A stretch of 64,000 nt of DNA from an uncultured delta proteobacterium (GTDB taxonomy: Bacteria > Desulfobacterota > Binatia > Binatales > Binataceae), in assembly GCA_963711565.1 (NCBI GenBank), contig CAVQEQ010000001.1, positions 832,001-896,000 on the forward strand, given 5' to 3'. The notes beneath the pieces were generated by a model. It made no database searches and was not told the origin of the DNA. It was given only the letters and a program-made list of their open reading frames with translations. Positions 1 to 9,530 of this stretch are shown one piece after another; position 1 is the first letter of the stretch; every line of letters starts with the position of its first letter. The translations under genes and the position numbers were made by a program.

Positions 1-4
1 GCTT

Positions 5-343
5 ATGACCGCACAGTATAGGTCAGCGACAGGAGAAATATTGTATTGGTTCGGAATTTTCGTCGCTCTGGGTATAATCTCTTTCGTCCTCGGATGTGGA
101 GTTGGGATAGGGTTCGAAGACGCCGGACTTTCTCGCAATCGTTTGGCTCAGTTTCTGGTTTTTGGTCTGATGTGGCCCCCTTACCTACTGATGCGCGCTC
201 TCGGCTGGTTCAGCTACTCTGGTGCCTCAACAGTTCCCAATTCCAATTTGTTCGGACTCCTCTTTAGTCAACTTCTGGGCTGGGGTTTTCTCGGAATTCC
301 AGTCGGACTCTGGAGAGCGACGCGGCGGTCTCTCATCCGTTGA
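5..343 (+). CDS. Small membrane protein, putative Rhs immunity protein
   Basis: 112 aa with about three hydrophobic segments; lower GC; lies in the Rhs island. Confidence 0.55.
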   Translation: MTAQYRSATGEILYWFGIFVALGIISFVLGCGVGIGFEDAGLSRNRLAQFLVFGLMWPPYLLMRALGWFSYSGASTVPNSNLFGLLFSQLLGWGFLGIPVGLWRATRRSLIR

Positions 344-514
344 ATAGGAGGAGTTCTGTCAACAGGTAAACGCGCTATGGAAAGCGGCGGACATCTGGCT
401 TGGTCGGACAGAAACATAGAGGGTCTGGCTTGGGTTCAATAGAAAAATGGTGCACTCTTTACAAGTGCTTTTCTGCCTTTAGCAGGCGAAATTTGAGGAC
501 GCTGCGGGCGTAAC

Positions 515-1441
515 ATGGAGATTCTGAGCGGCGTCGCATGTACGGCGATGGCTATGTTTCTGGCGACGGTGATCGTGTCAAGGCCGGCTCAGGCGGCTGC
601 GGGCCCCGGGGGCGACTCGCGCGCCGTCGCAGCAATGTTCCGCCAGTACGAAACCGTTTTCTATACAAACACGGATATCTCTTCGAACTTCAGCTCTTTC
701 AAAGGATTGTCCAGGCAGACCGCCGGAGCGTTGAGCGTCCCCTTCGGAGATTTGATTTACGGGCTCGATTTGTTGGACCCCTGCGCCTCGGCCAATATGC
801 TTGCGAAGAGCGAAGCCGCTCTGATGGGAAGCAAGGGCTGTATCCCGCCCGAGGGCGAGGGTGCGGCGCAAGTGTCAAGCTTCTGTTACATCGTTAACTT
901 CGGGACAAGGAGACGATCAGATTTTGGGAAATTTGCCGCGAAGGCGCGTGAGACCTCAAAGCAAGGAGAACCGGTATGGAGTTGGCAGGTACACTCGCCG
1001 GAGCCTCCAATGCGAACTATCACTTACTATGCGGCTCAGATCGGCGATTCGTATCTACTGGTTTCCAATGACCTCGGTGAACTGCAAGCAATAATGAAAA
1101 GATTAACCTCTTCGGATGACGCTTCCATGACTCTGAGCGGAATTCGCGATTGGACAATCTTGAGTCAGCATAAATATTGGGGCTATAGGTGCATGCGGCA
1201 CGACGGAGTGGTCGAAAAGGACGCGGCTAGGCTGGAGTTCACGATGCCTGGCGCTGAGACTAGCGGATCGAGCCCGCAGCCACACGGTCCGAGCAGGGTA
1301 TATCGGATGATCCCGCAAGTTCGCGGCGGACAACGTGTTCGCCAAGAACGAAATCAGCGCAACGCTCGAACCATTCCTGCCGCGTCCATTGATGGTTGGG
1401 ATGAGCGGCTCGCCCATCGGGCCGGCCACCTTCACGTATGA
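515..1441 (+). CDS. Secreted hypothetical protein, probably truncated near 1260
   Basis: Signal-peptide-like N-terminus (…PAQA-AAG); globular-looking to about MPGAE, then a tail that overlaps the Rhs ORF. Confidence 0.45.
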   Translation: MEILSGVACTAMAMFLATVIVSRPAQAAAGPGGDSRAVAAMFRQYETVFYTNTDISSNFSSFKGLSRQTAGALSVPFGDLIYGLDLLDPCASANMLAKSEAALMGSKGCIPPEGEGAAQVSSFCYIVNFGTRRRSDFGKFAAKARETSKQGEPVWSWQVHSPEPPMRTITYYAAQIGDSYLLVSNDLGELQAIMKRLTSSDDASMTLSGIRDWTILSQHKYWGYRCMRHDGVVEKDAARLEFTMPGAETSGSSPQPHGPSRVYRMIPQVRGGQRVRQERNQRNARTIPAASIDGWDERLAHRAGHLHV

Positions 1442-2333
1442 CCCCTTCGGACGGCGCGCGAGCAAGACCATTGCAGGCGCGACTACTCAATTTCAATACG
1501 ACGGCCGTCGAGTCGTTCAGGAAATTCAGCCTGGGGCTGGCAATGTGCTGACGAATATGGGTCTCAGCCGCACGGACTCGACCGGTAACATGACCTTCCT
1601 GGGCGATATCCTTGGAAGCACGCTGGCACTCGCTAACGATGCCGGCGCGGTCGCTACGCAGTATTCGTATGAGCCTTTCGGAGCATCGACGGCCAGCGGT
1701 GCGGCCAGTTCGAATCCATATCAATTTGCTTTTCACCAGAACGATGGAACCGGCCTGTACTACTACTCGGCACGTTACTATAGCGCATCATTGGCGCGTT
1801 TCATTAGTCAAGATCCATCTGGAGTACGCGGCGGGATCAATCTGTACGAGTATGCTGGCGACCAGCCGGTCAACTTCGAAGACGCTACAGGCTTGAGTCC
1901 GAGCGATGGAAGCGGCTCGTGCCGGCCGTGCGAAGCCTGGTTGCGGGAAAGGCACGTGAACCAGTGGGTAGGGTGGCTGGGAATCGCGCATACGTTCTGG
2001 GAAACAAGGGATAGCCGGGGCAGCAAGGTCTTCAGTTCGGGGTTCCCCGAGGGCAGCCCGCAAGAGCTAGACATGCTGCATCATGTCCCCGGCGACGACG
2101 AAGCGACTCCCATCGCTTTCGACAGTGGCTTGGACATTGAAAACTGCCCGAAGGTTGACAATCTATTGGGCGCTGCCGACGCGTGGCCCAACGGCACGGT
2201 TCCCTATGTTTACACCGGGCCGAATAGCAACACCTTCGCTCATTATCTCGCTTACAAGGGCGGCTTCCCCGCATACCCGACGTTTGGCTATTTCGCGGTC
2301 GGTTGGGACTACCCACTGATGGAGCTACCGTGA
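1335..2333 (+). CDS. Orphan Rhs core fragment with C-terminal toxin tip
   Basis: TYDPFGRR, YSYEPFG, GLYYYSARYY, RFISQDPSG and PVNFEDATGL Rhs-core motifs, then about 145 aa tip; true start uncertain. Confidence 0.9.
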   Translation: MFAKNEISATLEPFLPRPLMVGMSGSPIGPATFTYDPFGRRASKTIAGATTQFQYDGRRVVQEIQPGAGNVLTNMGLSRTDSTGNMTFLGDILGSTLALANDAGAVATQYSYEPFGASTASGAASSNPYQFAFHQNDGTGLYYYSARYYSASLARFISQDPSGVRGGINLYEYAGDQPVNFEDATGLSPSDGSGSCRPCEAWLRERHVNQWVGWLGIAHTFWETRDSRGSKVFSSGFPEGSPQELDMLHHVPGDDEATPIAFDSGLDIENCPKVDNLLGAADAWPNGTVPYVYTGPNSNTFAHYLAYKGGFPAYPTFGYFAVGWDYPLMELP

Positions 2334-2689
2334 ATTCGGTGTCCGGCACGCAGGCGGAGCTTCCGCACCGAGCGAGGTTTTCACTACTCCTTTTCACCTC
2401 GCTCGCTGTGGCTGTTGGCGGTTTCTTCTGCATCCTGATCCTTCATCCCGACCGACCGCTAGCGCTATCCCTTATGCTCGGGAGCAGAGGGGCGGTCGCC
2501 GCCAACTTCGCCTACGCCTACAGCCCGGCACTGACGTGGGCCGGCTTGACGAGATTGGCCTATCGCCGCTACGGGAAAAGGTGGCGGTGGTTCCTGCTCG
2601 GGGCGCCATTTGCACTCTTCTGGGCGATCTGGTGGACACTCTTCATCGGCATTTGCTCGCTCGTCCCCACTAGCTGCGCGGGCATATAG
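2330..2689 (+). CDS. Putative cognate immunity protein (membrane, about 3 TM)
   Basis: GTG at 2330 overlaps the toxin stop (GTGA); hydrophobic helices. Confidence 0.65.
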   Translation: MNSVSGTQAELPHRARFSLLLFTSLAVAVGGFFCILILHPDRPLALSLMLGSRGAVAANFAYAYSPALTWAGLTRLAYRRYGKRWRWFLLGAPFALFWAIWWTLFIGICSLVPTSCAGI

Positions 2690-2721
2690 TTGCCGATACC
2701 GGGAAGACTGAGTAATTCGAT

Positions 2722-2840
2722 TTGAACCAGTTCCTGCCTTTGCGCGTGTGCGAGTCCCAGCACCACTTTTGGTCGAACTGGGCACCGCGATGATGGTCGT
2801 ATCGACGATGGTCCCGGAGCGCAGCAACGACCGGTGCTGG
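2722..2840 (-). mobile_element. IS5-family transposase relic
   Basis: Minus strand reads LLRSGTIVDTTIIAVPSSTK, then in a shifted frame HTRKGRNWF, resembling the IS5 motif GTIVDATIIAAPSSTKN…QTKKGNQW. Confidence 0.7.
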
Positions 2841-3406
2841 ACCGGAAGATTTTTACCGGATTTGGCCAGAATGGAAATCAATACGCCAGTACTGATACCT
2901 ATTCGTACGACCAGGCGGATCGTCTGACGCAAATCGTGGACTCGCTCTATGGTACGATTAACCGCTCCTATGACGGCATGGATGATCTCATCGATGAACA
3001 GACACCGCTGGGCCAGATGAGCTATAGCTACGACGCCGCTCATCGGTTGTTATCAACGTCGGTCGATGGTCAGGCACCGATCACCTACAGCTATGACGGT
3101 GCCGATCATATGACCGGAATGACGCAGAGCGGCGGCTCGGCATCATTCGCTTACGATAGCGCCGGACGACAAACGCAAGCGGTACTACCCAACGGAGTTA
3201 CTGTGGCCTATAGCTACGATGTGGGACCCCGGATCAATGAGTTGACCTGGTCGAGTCCGCAGGGTCAGATCGGCAATCTCGGCTACGTGTATGATGCCGA
3301 TGGTCGCGTGATTCAGAAGACCGGTAGCTTCGCGCAGGTCGTTTTGCCGCAGACCATCGGCGGAAACAGCTTCAACGCTGCCAATCAGATGATGTCATTC
3401 AACGGT
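2834..3406 (+). pseudogene. Internal Rhs/YD-repeat fragment
   Basis: Repeated YSYD motifs (YSYDQADRL, YSYDAAHRL, FAYDSAGRQ, YVYDADGRV); lacks both ends; ORF runs on into the tRNA antisense. Confidence 0.85.
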
Positions 3407-3445
3407 CGATTCTCCGCAATGTCCGCAGACTTGGAGACTGAAATG

Positions 3446-3518
3446 TGGAGCAGAAGGGATTTGAACCCTCGACCCCTACGTTGCGAACGTAGTGCTCTCC
3501 CAGCTGAGCTACTGCCCC
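3446..3518 (-). tRNA. tRNA-Ala (anticodon CGC), CCA not encoded
   Basis: Reverse complement GGGGCAGTAGCTCAGCTGGGAGAGCACTACGTTCGCAACGTAGGGGTCGAGGGTTCAAATCCCTTCTGCTCCA folds as a cloverleaf. Confidence 0.97.
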
Positions 3519-3540
3519 ATCCCGTGGCGAGACGTGATTA

Positions 3541-4407
3541 CTATTGTGAGATAACCGACTTCAGGTAGGCTCGCAACCGGTCGGCCAGGTCCGGGCGCTT
3601 CAACCCGAAGCCGATTTGCGCCGAGATGAACCCGACGCGATCGCCCAGGTCGTAGCGGACGCCCTCGAACTCGTAGCCGTAAATTTTGCGCCGCGCAGTA
3701 AGCGCCATCAGCGCGTCGGTTAACTGGATTTCACCGCCGGCGCCCGGCTTGCCCGCGGCGAGCAATTCGAAAATGTCCGGGGTCAGCACGTAGCGTCCCA
3801 TGATCGCGAATTCGCTCGGCGCTTTTTCCGGCGGCGGTTTCTCGACCATCCCGCGAAGCTCGTACGTCCGATCGCCCGCGGCTTTCGCATCGACGATGCC
3901 GTACTTCGAGATTTCGCTGCGCGCGACCTTGAGCAGCGCCACCACCGGCGCGTCGCGCGTCTCGGCCACGTCGAGCAACTGGCGCAGGCACGGGCGCGGG
4001 CTATCGAAGATGTCGTCGGGGAGCATCACTGCGAACGGCTCGTTGCCGACCGCTTCGCGCGCTTGCAGCACTGCGTGACCGAGGCCGAGCGGATGCCGCT
4101 GCTCGGCGATCGTAATTCGCGCGGGACTGTTGCTCCGCCTAACGAGTTCGAGGATGTCGCGCTTGCCGCGCTCTTCGAGATGGCGCTCGAGTTCGAGGTT
4201 GGGCTTGAAGTGATCGACGACGGTGGTCTTGCCGAGGCTGATGACGAGGATGATTTCCTCGATGCCCGACGCAACCGCTTCCTCGACGACGACCTGGATC
4301 GCCGGCGTGTCGACCACCGGCAAAATTTCCTTGGGGACGACCTTCGACGAGGGGAGCATCCGCGTGCCCATTCCGGCCGCGAGGATGACAGCCTTTTTAA
4401 CTTTCAT
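3541..4407 (-). CDS. galU: UTP-glucose-1-phosphate uridylyltransferase
   Basis: KAVILAAGMGTRMLP, PKEILP, GLGHAV, VEKP, GEIQLTDA. Confidence 0.96.
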   Translation of the reverse strand: MKVKKAVILAAGMGTRMLPSSKVVPKEILPVVDTPAIQVVVEEAVASGIEEIILVISLGKTTVVDHFKPNLELERHLEERGKRDILELVRRSNSPARITIAEQRHPLGLGHAVLQAREAVGNEPFAVMLPDDIFDSPRPCLRQLLDVAETRDAPVVALLKVARSEISKYGIVDAKAAGDRTYELRGMVEKPPPEKAPSEFAIMGRYVLTPDIFELLAAGKPGAGGEIQLTDALMALTARRKIYGYEFEGVRYDLGDRVGFISAQIGFGLKRPDLADRLRAYLKSVISQ

Positions 4408-4438
4408 AGCAGTGCGATTTTCCGGGTTGGTGACGCGC

Positions 4439-4816
4439 TCAGATCTTCGCCTCGCGCGCTTCCTGCGCGGATTTGCATGCGATGCACAGCGTGGTGACCG
4501 GGCGCGCCTTCAGCCGCTCGATTCCGATTTCGCCGTCGCATTCTTCGCATCGCCCGTACGAGCCGTCTTCGATCCGCGCGAATGCCTCGCTGATCTTGCT
4601 GAGCAGTTTGCGCTCGCGATCGCGCATCCGCAGCAGGAAATTGCGATCCGATTCGAGAGCGGCGCGGTCGGTCGGGTCCGCGGGGGCCTCGTCCGACTCG
4701 TGGTTCATGCTGCCGACCGCGCGCTCGGCTTCCTGAAGGATGTCGCGCTTGCGGCCTTCGAGCAATTTTCTGAAGAGCTTGAGGTCTCTTTGCCTCACGG
4801 TTGAAATATCTCTCAC
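4439..4816 (-). CDS. dksA: RNA polymerase-binding protein DksA
   Basis: Coiled-coil tip DPTDRA; zinc finger CEEC…CIAC. Confidence 0.93.
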   Translation of the reverse strand: MRDISTVRQRDLKLFRKLLEGRKRDILQEAERAVGSMNHESDEAPADPTDRAALESDRNFLLRMRDRERKLLSKISEAFARIEDGSYGRCEECDGEIGIERLKARPVTTLCIACKSAQEAREAKI

Positions 4817-4868
4817 AAGCCGAGTTTTTGATTCTATAGACGCCCTGCTACCATGTAAAGATTGCGCG

Positions 4869-6047
4869 ATGAAAACGGCTTATCTAGACGCGTTCTCCGG
4901 GCTCAGCGGCGACATGATCGTCGGCGCAATTCTGGATTGCGGCGCTGATTTTGGCGAGTTCGAGCGCGCGATCGAGTCGTTGCAAATTGCAGGCTACGTT
5001 CTCTCGACGCGACGCAAAACTTTGAGTGGAATCTCGGCGCTCAAATTCAACGTCGCCGTCACGGAGCCGCAGCCGGAGCGTCATGTCGGCGAGATTCGCG
5101 CCCTGATCGACTCATCGCCGCTGGCCGCCTCGGTCAAGCATCGGGCGATCTCGATCTTTGAGGTGCTCGCGCAGGCAGAGGCGAAGATTCACAACACGAC
5201 ACCCGACCGCGTTCACTTCCACGAAGTCGGCGCGGTTGATTCGATCATCGATATTGTCGGCACGGCCTGGGGTCTCGAGCAGCTCGGCGTCGGCGATGTG
5301 ATCGTGTCGCCGCTACCGATGGGTAACGGCTTCGCGCGCTCGCAGCACGGCGTCATTCCGGTTCCGGCGCCGGCGACGGCGGAGTTGCTGGCAGGATTCC
5401 CGCTGAAAATTGGCGACGGCACGCACGAGATGGTCACGCCTACCGGCGCGGCGGTGGTCCGCGCGCTCGCGCGTCCGGCGGAGATCCCGTTCAAGTTCGA
5501 AGTCGAGAAAATCGGCTACGGTGCAGGAACGCGTGAGCTGGAAGATCGGCCCAACGTGTTGCGGATGATGCTCGGGCGCGAGCGCGACGCGTTCGACAGC
5601 GACGAGATGATCGAGATTTCGGCGAATATCGACGATCTCAGTCCGCAGATTTACGACCACCTGATGCAGCGGTTGTTCGACGCAGGCGCGCGCGACGTCA
5701 CGCTGACGCCGACGATGATGAAGAAGAGCCAGGCGGTGACCCTCGGCGTCATTGCAGAGACCGCGAGTCGCGATGCGCTCGCGGAGATTATTTTTGCGGA
5801 GACCTCGACAATCGGCCTCAGGTTTCATGCTGTCGCGCGGTTGAAATTGCATCGCGAGATTCACGAGGTCGAGACGCGATGGGGCAAAGTTCGCGTCAAG
5901 ACGTCGGGCGCGAATGGTGGCGCGCCAACCACGATCTCGCCGGAATACGACGACTGCCGGCGAATTGCCGCGAAGCATAAAGTGGCGTTGCGCGTGGTGA
6001 TGGACGAGGCGCGGGACGCGGCGCGAACGCCGAAATCGGTTTCCTGA
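4869..6047 (+). CDS. larC: Nickel-pincer cofactor biosynthesis protein LarC
   Basis: YLDAFSGLSGDM, VHFHEVGAVDSIIDIVG, PVPAPAT, TPTGAA, ETSTIGLR, PEYDDC. Confidence 0.93.
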   Translation: MKTAYLDAFSGLSGDMIVGAILDCGADFGEFERAIESLQIAGYVLSTRRKTLSGISALKFNVAVTEPQPERHVGEIRALIDSSPLAASVKHRAISIFEVLAQAEAKIHNTTPDRVHFHEVGAVDSIIDIVGTAWGLEQLGVGDVIVSPLPMGNGFARSQHGVIPVPAPATAELLAGFPLKIGDGTHEMVTPTGAAVVRALARPAEIPFKFEVEKIGYGAGTRELEDRPNVLRMMLGRERDAFDSDEMIEISANIDDLSPQIYDHLMQRLFDAGARDVTLTPTMMKKSQAVTLGVIAETASRDALAEIIFAETSTIGLRFHAVARLKLHREIHEVETRWGKVRVKTSGANGGAPTTISPEYDDCRRIAAKHKVALRVVMDEARDAARTPKSVS

Positions 6048-6052
6048 AAAGA

Positions 6053-6706
6053 ATGACTTCCGAACGGCTGCACATCAACGAGATTTTTTACAGCATCCAG
6101 GGCGAATCGACGCACGCGGGCCGTCCGTGCGTGTTCGTGCGGCTCACTGGATGCAACCTGCGATGCAAATGGTGCGACACCGAGTACGCATTCTACGAGG
6201 GCCGGCGAATGCCGATCGCCGAGGTCGCCGAAATAATTCGCGGCTACCAATGCGACCTGGTCGAAGTAACCGGCGGCGAACCGCTGCTGCAGGAGGGCGT
6301 GTATCCGCTGACGGAAGCGATGCTCGCATCCGGCGCGATGGTGATGATCGAAACCTCGGGATCGATTGACGTAAGCAAGCTCGACCCGCGCGTCATCAAG
6401 ATCATGGACCTCAAGTGTCCCGGCAGCGGCGAATGCGAGCGCAATCTGTGGAGCAACCTCGAACATCTGACGATGCGCGACGAGATCAAATTCGTCGTCA
6501 GCGATCGTGCTGATTACGAATGGGCACGCGACGCGATCACCACGCGCGGTCTTGCCGGTCGCGCAGGCGCGTTACTGCTGAGTCCTGTCTATGGACAACT
6601 CGAACCGGCCGCGCTGGCGGCCTGGATACTCGAGGATCGATTGCCGGCGCGAATGCAGTTGCAAATGCACAAGCAGATCTGGCCGGGTATTTCGCGCGGC
6701 GTGTGA
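6053..6706 (+). CDS. queE: 7-carboxy-7-deazaguanine synthase (radical SAM)
   Basis: EIFYSIQGE, CNLRCKWCDT, TGGEPL, QMHKQIW. Confidence 0.93.
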   Translation: MTSERLHINEIFYSIQGESTHAGRPCVFVRLTGCNLRCKWCDTEYAFYEGRRMPIAEVAEIIRGYQCDLVEVTGGEPLLQEGVYPLTEAMLASGAMVMIETSGSIDVSKLDPRVIKIMDLKCPGSGECERNLWSNLEHLTMRDEIKFVVSDRADYEWARDAITTRGLAGRAGALLLSPVYGQLEPAALAAWILEDRLPARMQLQMHKQIWPGISRGV

Positions 6707-6733
6707 TCGCGTGTGAGCCGCTGACCTCTCACC

Positions 6734-8311
6734 TCAGGCGGGGGCGTCCACTGTTAATTGCGGGGCGCGCGCGGGCGGCAGATTCGCGTAGAGGTCGGCG
6801 ATCAGATCGGACTTGAGCCTGGCGTGGCCGGCGTCGTTCCAGAGATTGCGCCATTGCAACGGGTCCTCGCGCAGATCGTAGAGCTCGCCCTCGGTGCCGT
6901 CGTAGCGGATGTCGGGGAGCGGACCCTTGACTCCAAGCGCCTGGTAGCCGAACGAAAGATCGAAGCCGACGTTGCGGGTCGAAGGCTCGTACACGGTGCA
7001 TACAAAACCGTCGCGATAGATGCTGCGCAGATGCATCCCGAGCTGCGCGAACTGGCTGTCCCATTCGGTGATCGCGCGCACGCGCGGCGAGCCGCCGGCA
7101 GTGGGCAGCGCGGAACCCTGCATCCAGTCGGGGATCGGCGCACCGGCAATCGCACAGAAGGTCGGCGCGAGATCGAGATGTCCAACCGGCTCGGAGATTT
7201 CCGCGGCGGACATTTTGGCCGAAGGTGCCGGGCGCCAGATGAGCGGCACGCGCATCAGAGCGTCAACGTGATACGGGCCTTTGAAAAGCAGGCCGAAGTC
7301 GCCCTGCAGCTCGCCATGATCGGTGGTGAAAAAAACGTCGGTATCGGCGTCCCATCCGCGCGCGGCGACGGTGGCGAGCACGCGGCCGCATGCTTCGTCG
7401 ATGAGTTCGTTCTTGACGTGGACGAGCGCGTTGATCTCGCGCACCTGGTCGTGAGTCATCTGGCACGGCACGAAGTTCCAGGCGCCGCCCTCCTCGTTGC
7501 GGAAGCGGCCCTGGTACCAATCGAGCCAATGGCGTGGCTTCTGCGCGAGAATCTTTTCGATCTTCTCGCGCGAGCCGGGATGGCCGGGCGGGAGATCGAG
7601 ATCCCGCCAGTTGATTCGACGCGCCTCAGACGCTGGAGGATCCCACGGATGATGCGGATCGGGGAAGCTCATCCACACGAACCAGTCGTCGGTCGGAGAG
7701 AGCGTGTTCAGATATGCGATGGTGCGGTCGGCAATCCAGTCGGTGTGATAGTGCTCGCGCGGAATCGGATTGTACGCAACTTCGGGCGCGCCGCTGTCGC
7801 CACCGGCGACGCCGGAGAGCATCGTGACGAAGCCTTTAACCTCGTCGGGATAGTTTTCGCGCAGCCAGTTCGAGTAGTGGAAGTACGCCATCGGCCCGTG
7901 CATCGCGAGCTCCATCCAATCGAAGCCGCGATGCGGTCCGTGCGAGCGCTCGCGGCCCATGCGGTTCTCGGGCCATCGACCGCTGGGATCGAACATCGGC
8001 TCGAAGTGCGCCTTGCCGATGAGCGCCGTGCGATAACCGGCGCGATCGTGAAGCCATGCGGCGACGCTCGGCGCGTCGGCGGGAAGAGGCACGCCGTTGG
8101 CGAATACGCCGTGAGTGCGCACGTACTGGCCGGTGATCATGGTCGAGCGCGCGGGCATGCAGACAGTGTTTTGATTGTAGGCGCAATGATAGTTGATGCC
8201 GGCGGCGGCGAGCGAATCGGCGACGGGCGTGCGCGCGATGCGGCCGCCGTTGCATCCGAGCGAGTCGTAACGCTGCTGATCGGTGGTGATAAAAAGAATC
8301 TTGCGGCCCAT
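6734..8311 (-). CDS. Formylglycine-dependent sulfatase
   Basis: ILFITTDQQR, CMPARS (CxPxR), GKAH, DPHHP, TDHG. Confidence 0.92.
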   Translation of the reverse strand: MGRKILFITTDQQRYDSLGCNGGRIARTPVADSLAAAGINYHCAYNQNTVCMPARSTMITGQYVRTHGVFANGVPLPADAPSVAAWLHDRAGYRTALIGKAHFEPMFDPSGRWPENRMGRERSHGPHRGFDWMELAMHGPMAYFHYSNWLRENYPDEVKGFVTMLSGVAGGDSGAPEVAYNPIPREHYHTDWIADRTIAYLNTLSPTDDWFVWMSFPDPHHPWDPPASEARRINWRDLDLPPGHPGSREKIEKILAQKPRHWLDWYQGRFRNEEGGAWNFVPCQMTHDQVREINALVHVKNELIDEACGRVLATVAARGWDADTDVFFTTDHGELQGDFGLLFKGPYHVDALMRVPLIWRPAPSAKMSAAEISEPVGHLDLAPTFCAIAGAPIPDWMQGSALPTAGGSPRVRAITEWDSQFAQLGMHLRSIYRDGFVCTVYEPSTRNVGFDLSFGYQALGVKGPLPDIRYDGTEGELYDLREDPLQWRNLWNDAGHARLKSDLIADLYANLPPARAPQLTVDAPA

Positions 8312-8430
8312 CGCGACAGATTACAGTTACAGTGCAAATACGATCAACCGGAGAGAGAATCGCGAACGCGGGGGTTTGACGAGCGAATGATCAACCCTGA
8401 TACAGTAGGCGGTGAACAAGGAGAACCATC

Positions 8431-9516
8431 ATGCGCGCAGCAATAATGCGAGACAAAACACTCGTCGTCGATAATATTCCCACACCGGCTCCTGGAGCGG
8501 GCGAAGCACTGGTCAAAACGCTCGCCTGCGGAATCTGCGGGTCCGATCTGCACACGCTAAAGCATGCGGACAGGATGGCCGAAGCATCGCGAAAATCCGG
8601 CTCGCCGTTCGCGATGGATCTCAAGCGCGACATCGTGATGGGCCACGAATTCTGCGCGGAAGTAGTCGACTACGGGCCGGATACGCAGAAGCGATTGAAA
8701 GTCGGGACGCGCGTGTGCGCGATGCCGGTGTTGATCAGCGCTCGCGGTGTCGAGGCGGTCGGCTACTCGAACGACAATCCCGGCGGCTACGGCGAGCTGA
8801 TGCGGCTGACGGAATTTCTGCTGCTCGAAGTGCCTAACGGGCTCTCGACCGAGCGCGCGGCGCTGACGGAGCCGATGGCGGTCGGCTATCACGCGGTGCA
8901 GAAGGCGCGGCTCGGCAAAGATGACGCGCCGCTGGTGATCGGATGCGGGCCGGTCGGACTGGCGGTGATTGCCGCGCTCAAATTTAACGGTGTGCATCCG
9001 ATCGTCGCGGCGGACTTCTCCCCGCGACGGCGCGAGCTGGCGCTGCAGATGGGCGCGGACTTCGTCGTCGATCCAAAAGAGAATTCGCCGTACCAAAGCT
9101 GGCGCGAGATGGCAGTGTACAGCGACCCGTCGAAGGCGCCGATGCTGCCGCCATGGATGCCGGGACCGGCCGTCAGGCCTGCGGTGATTTTCGAATGCGT
9201 GGGCGTGCCGGGCGTGATCGACGGGATAATGTCGGCGGCGCCGGGCAACGCGCGGATCGTGGTCGTCGGAGTGTGCATGGAGCGCGATCACATCGAGCCG
9301 CTGACTGGAATCAGCAAAGAGCTGAACATCCAGTTCGTGCTGGGCTACGCGCCCGACGAATTCGCGGCGACGCTGAGCCATCTCGCCGAGGGGCAAGTCA
9401 ACGCCGACCCGCTGATCACGGGCAAGGTTGGAGTGGAAGGAGTAGCGAAGGCGTTCGAGGATCTCGCGTCACCGGAGACGCATGCGAAGATCCTCGTTGA
9501 GCCGTGGCGTAGCTGA
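8431..9516 (+). CDS. Zinc-binding alcohol dehydrogenase (MDR family)
   Basis: CGICGSDLH, GHE, GCGPVG. Confidence 0.92.
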   Translation: MRAAIMRDKTLVVDNIPTPAPGAGEALVKTLACGICGSDLHTLKHADRMAEASRKSGSPFAMDLKRDIVMGHEFCAEVVDYGPDTQKRLKVGTRVCAMPVLISARGVEAVGYSNDNPGGYGELMRLTEFLLLEVPNGLSTERAALTEPMAVGYHAVQKARLGKDDAPLVIGCGPVGLAVIAALKFNGVHPIVAADFSPRRRELALQMGADFVVDPKENSPYQSWREMAVYSDPSKAPMLPPWMPGPAVRPAVIFECVGVPGVIDGIMSAAPGNARIVVVGVCMERDHIEPLTGISKELNIQFVLGYAPDEFAATLSHLAEGQVNADPLITGKVGVEGVAKAFEDLASPETHAKILVEPWRS

Positions 9517-9530
9517 GGACCGGCCGCGTT

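Noticed and set aside
394-433. Direct repeat TCTGGCTTGG twice, 30 bp apart
   Set aside because: Only two short copies; no function can be supported.
3407-3568. C-terminal extension of the Rhs ORF (MWSRRDLNPRPLRCERSALPAELLP)
   Set aside because: It is the antisense translation of tRNA-Ala.
6758-8446. Long antisense ORFs (also 32726-34393 and many shorter ones)
   Set aside because: Shadow frames of well-supported genes, expected in high-GC DNA.
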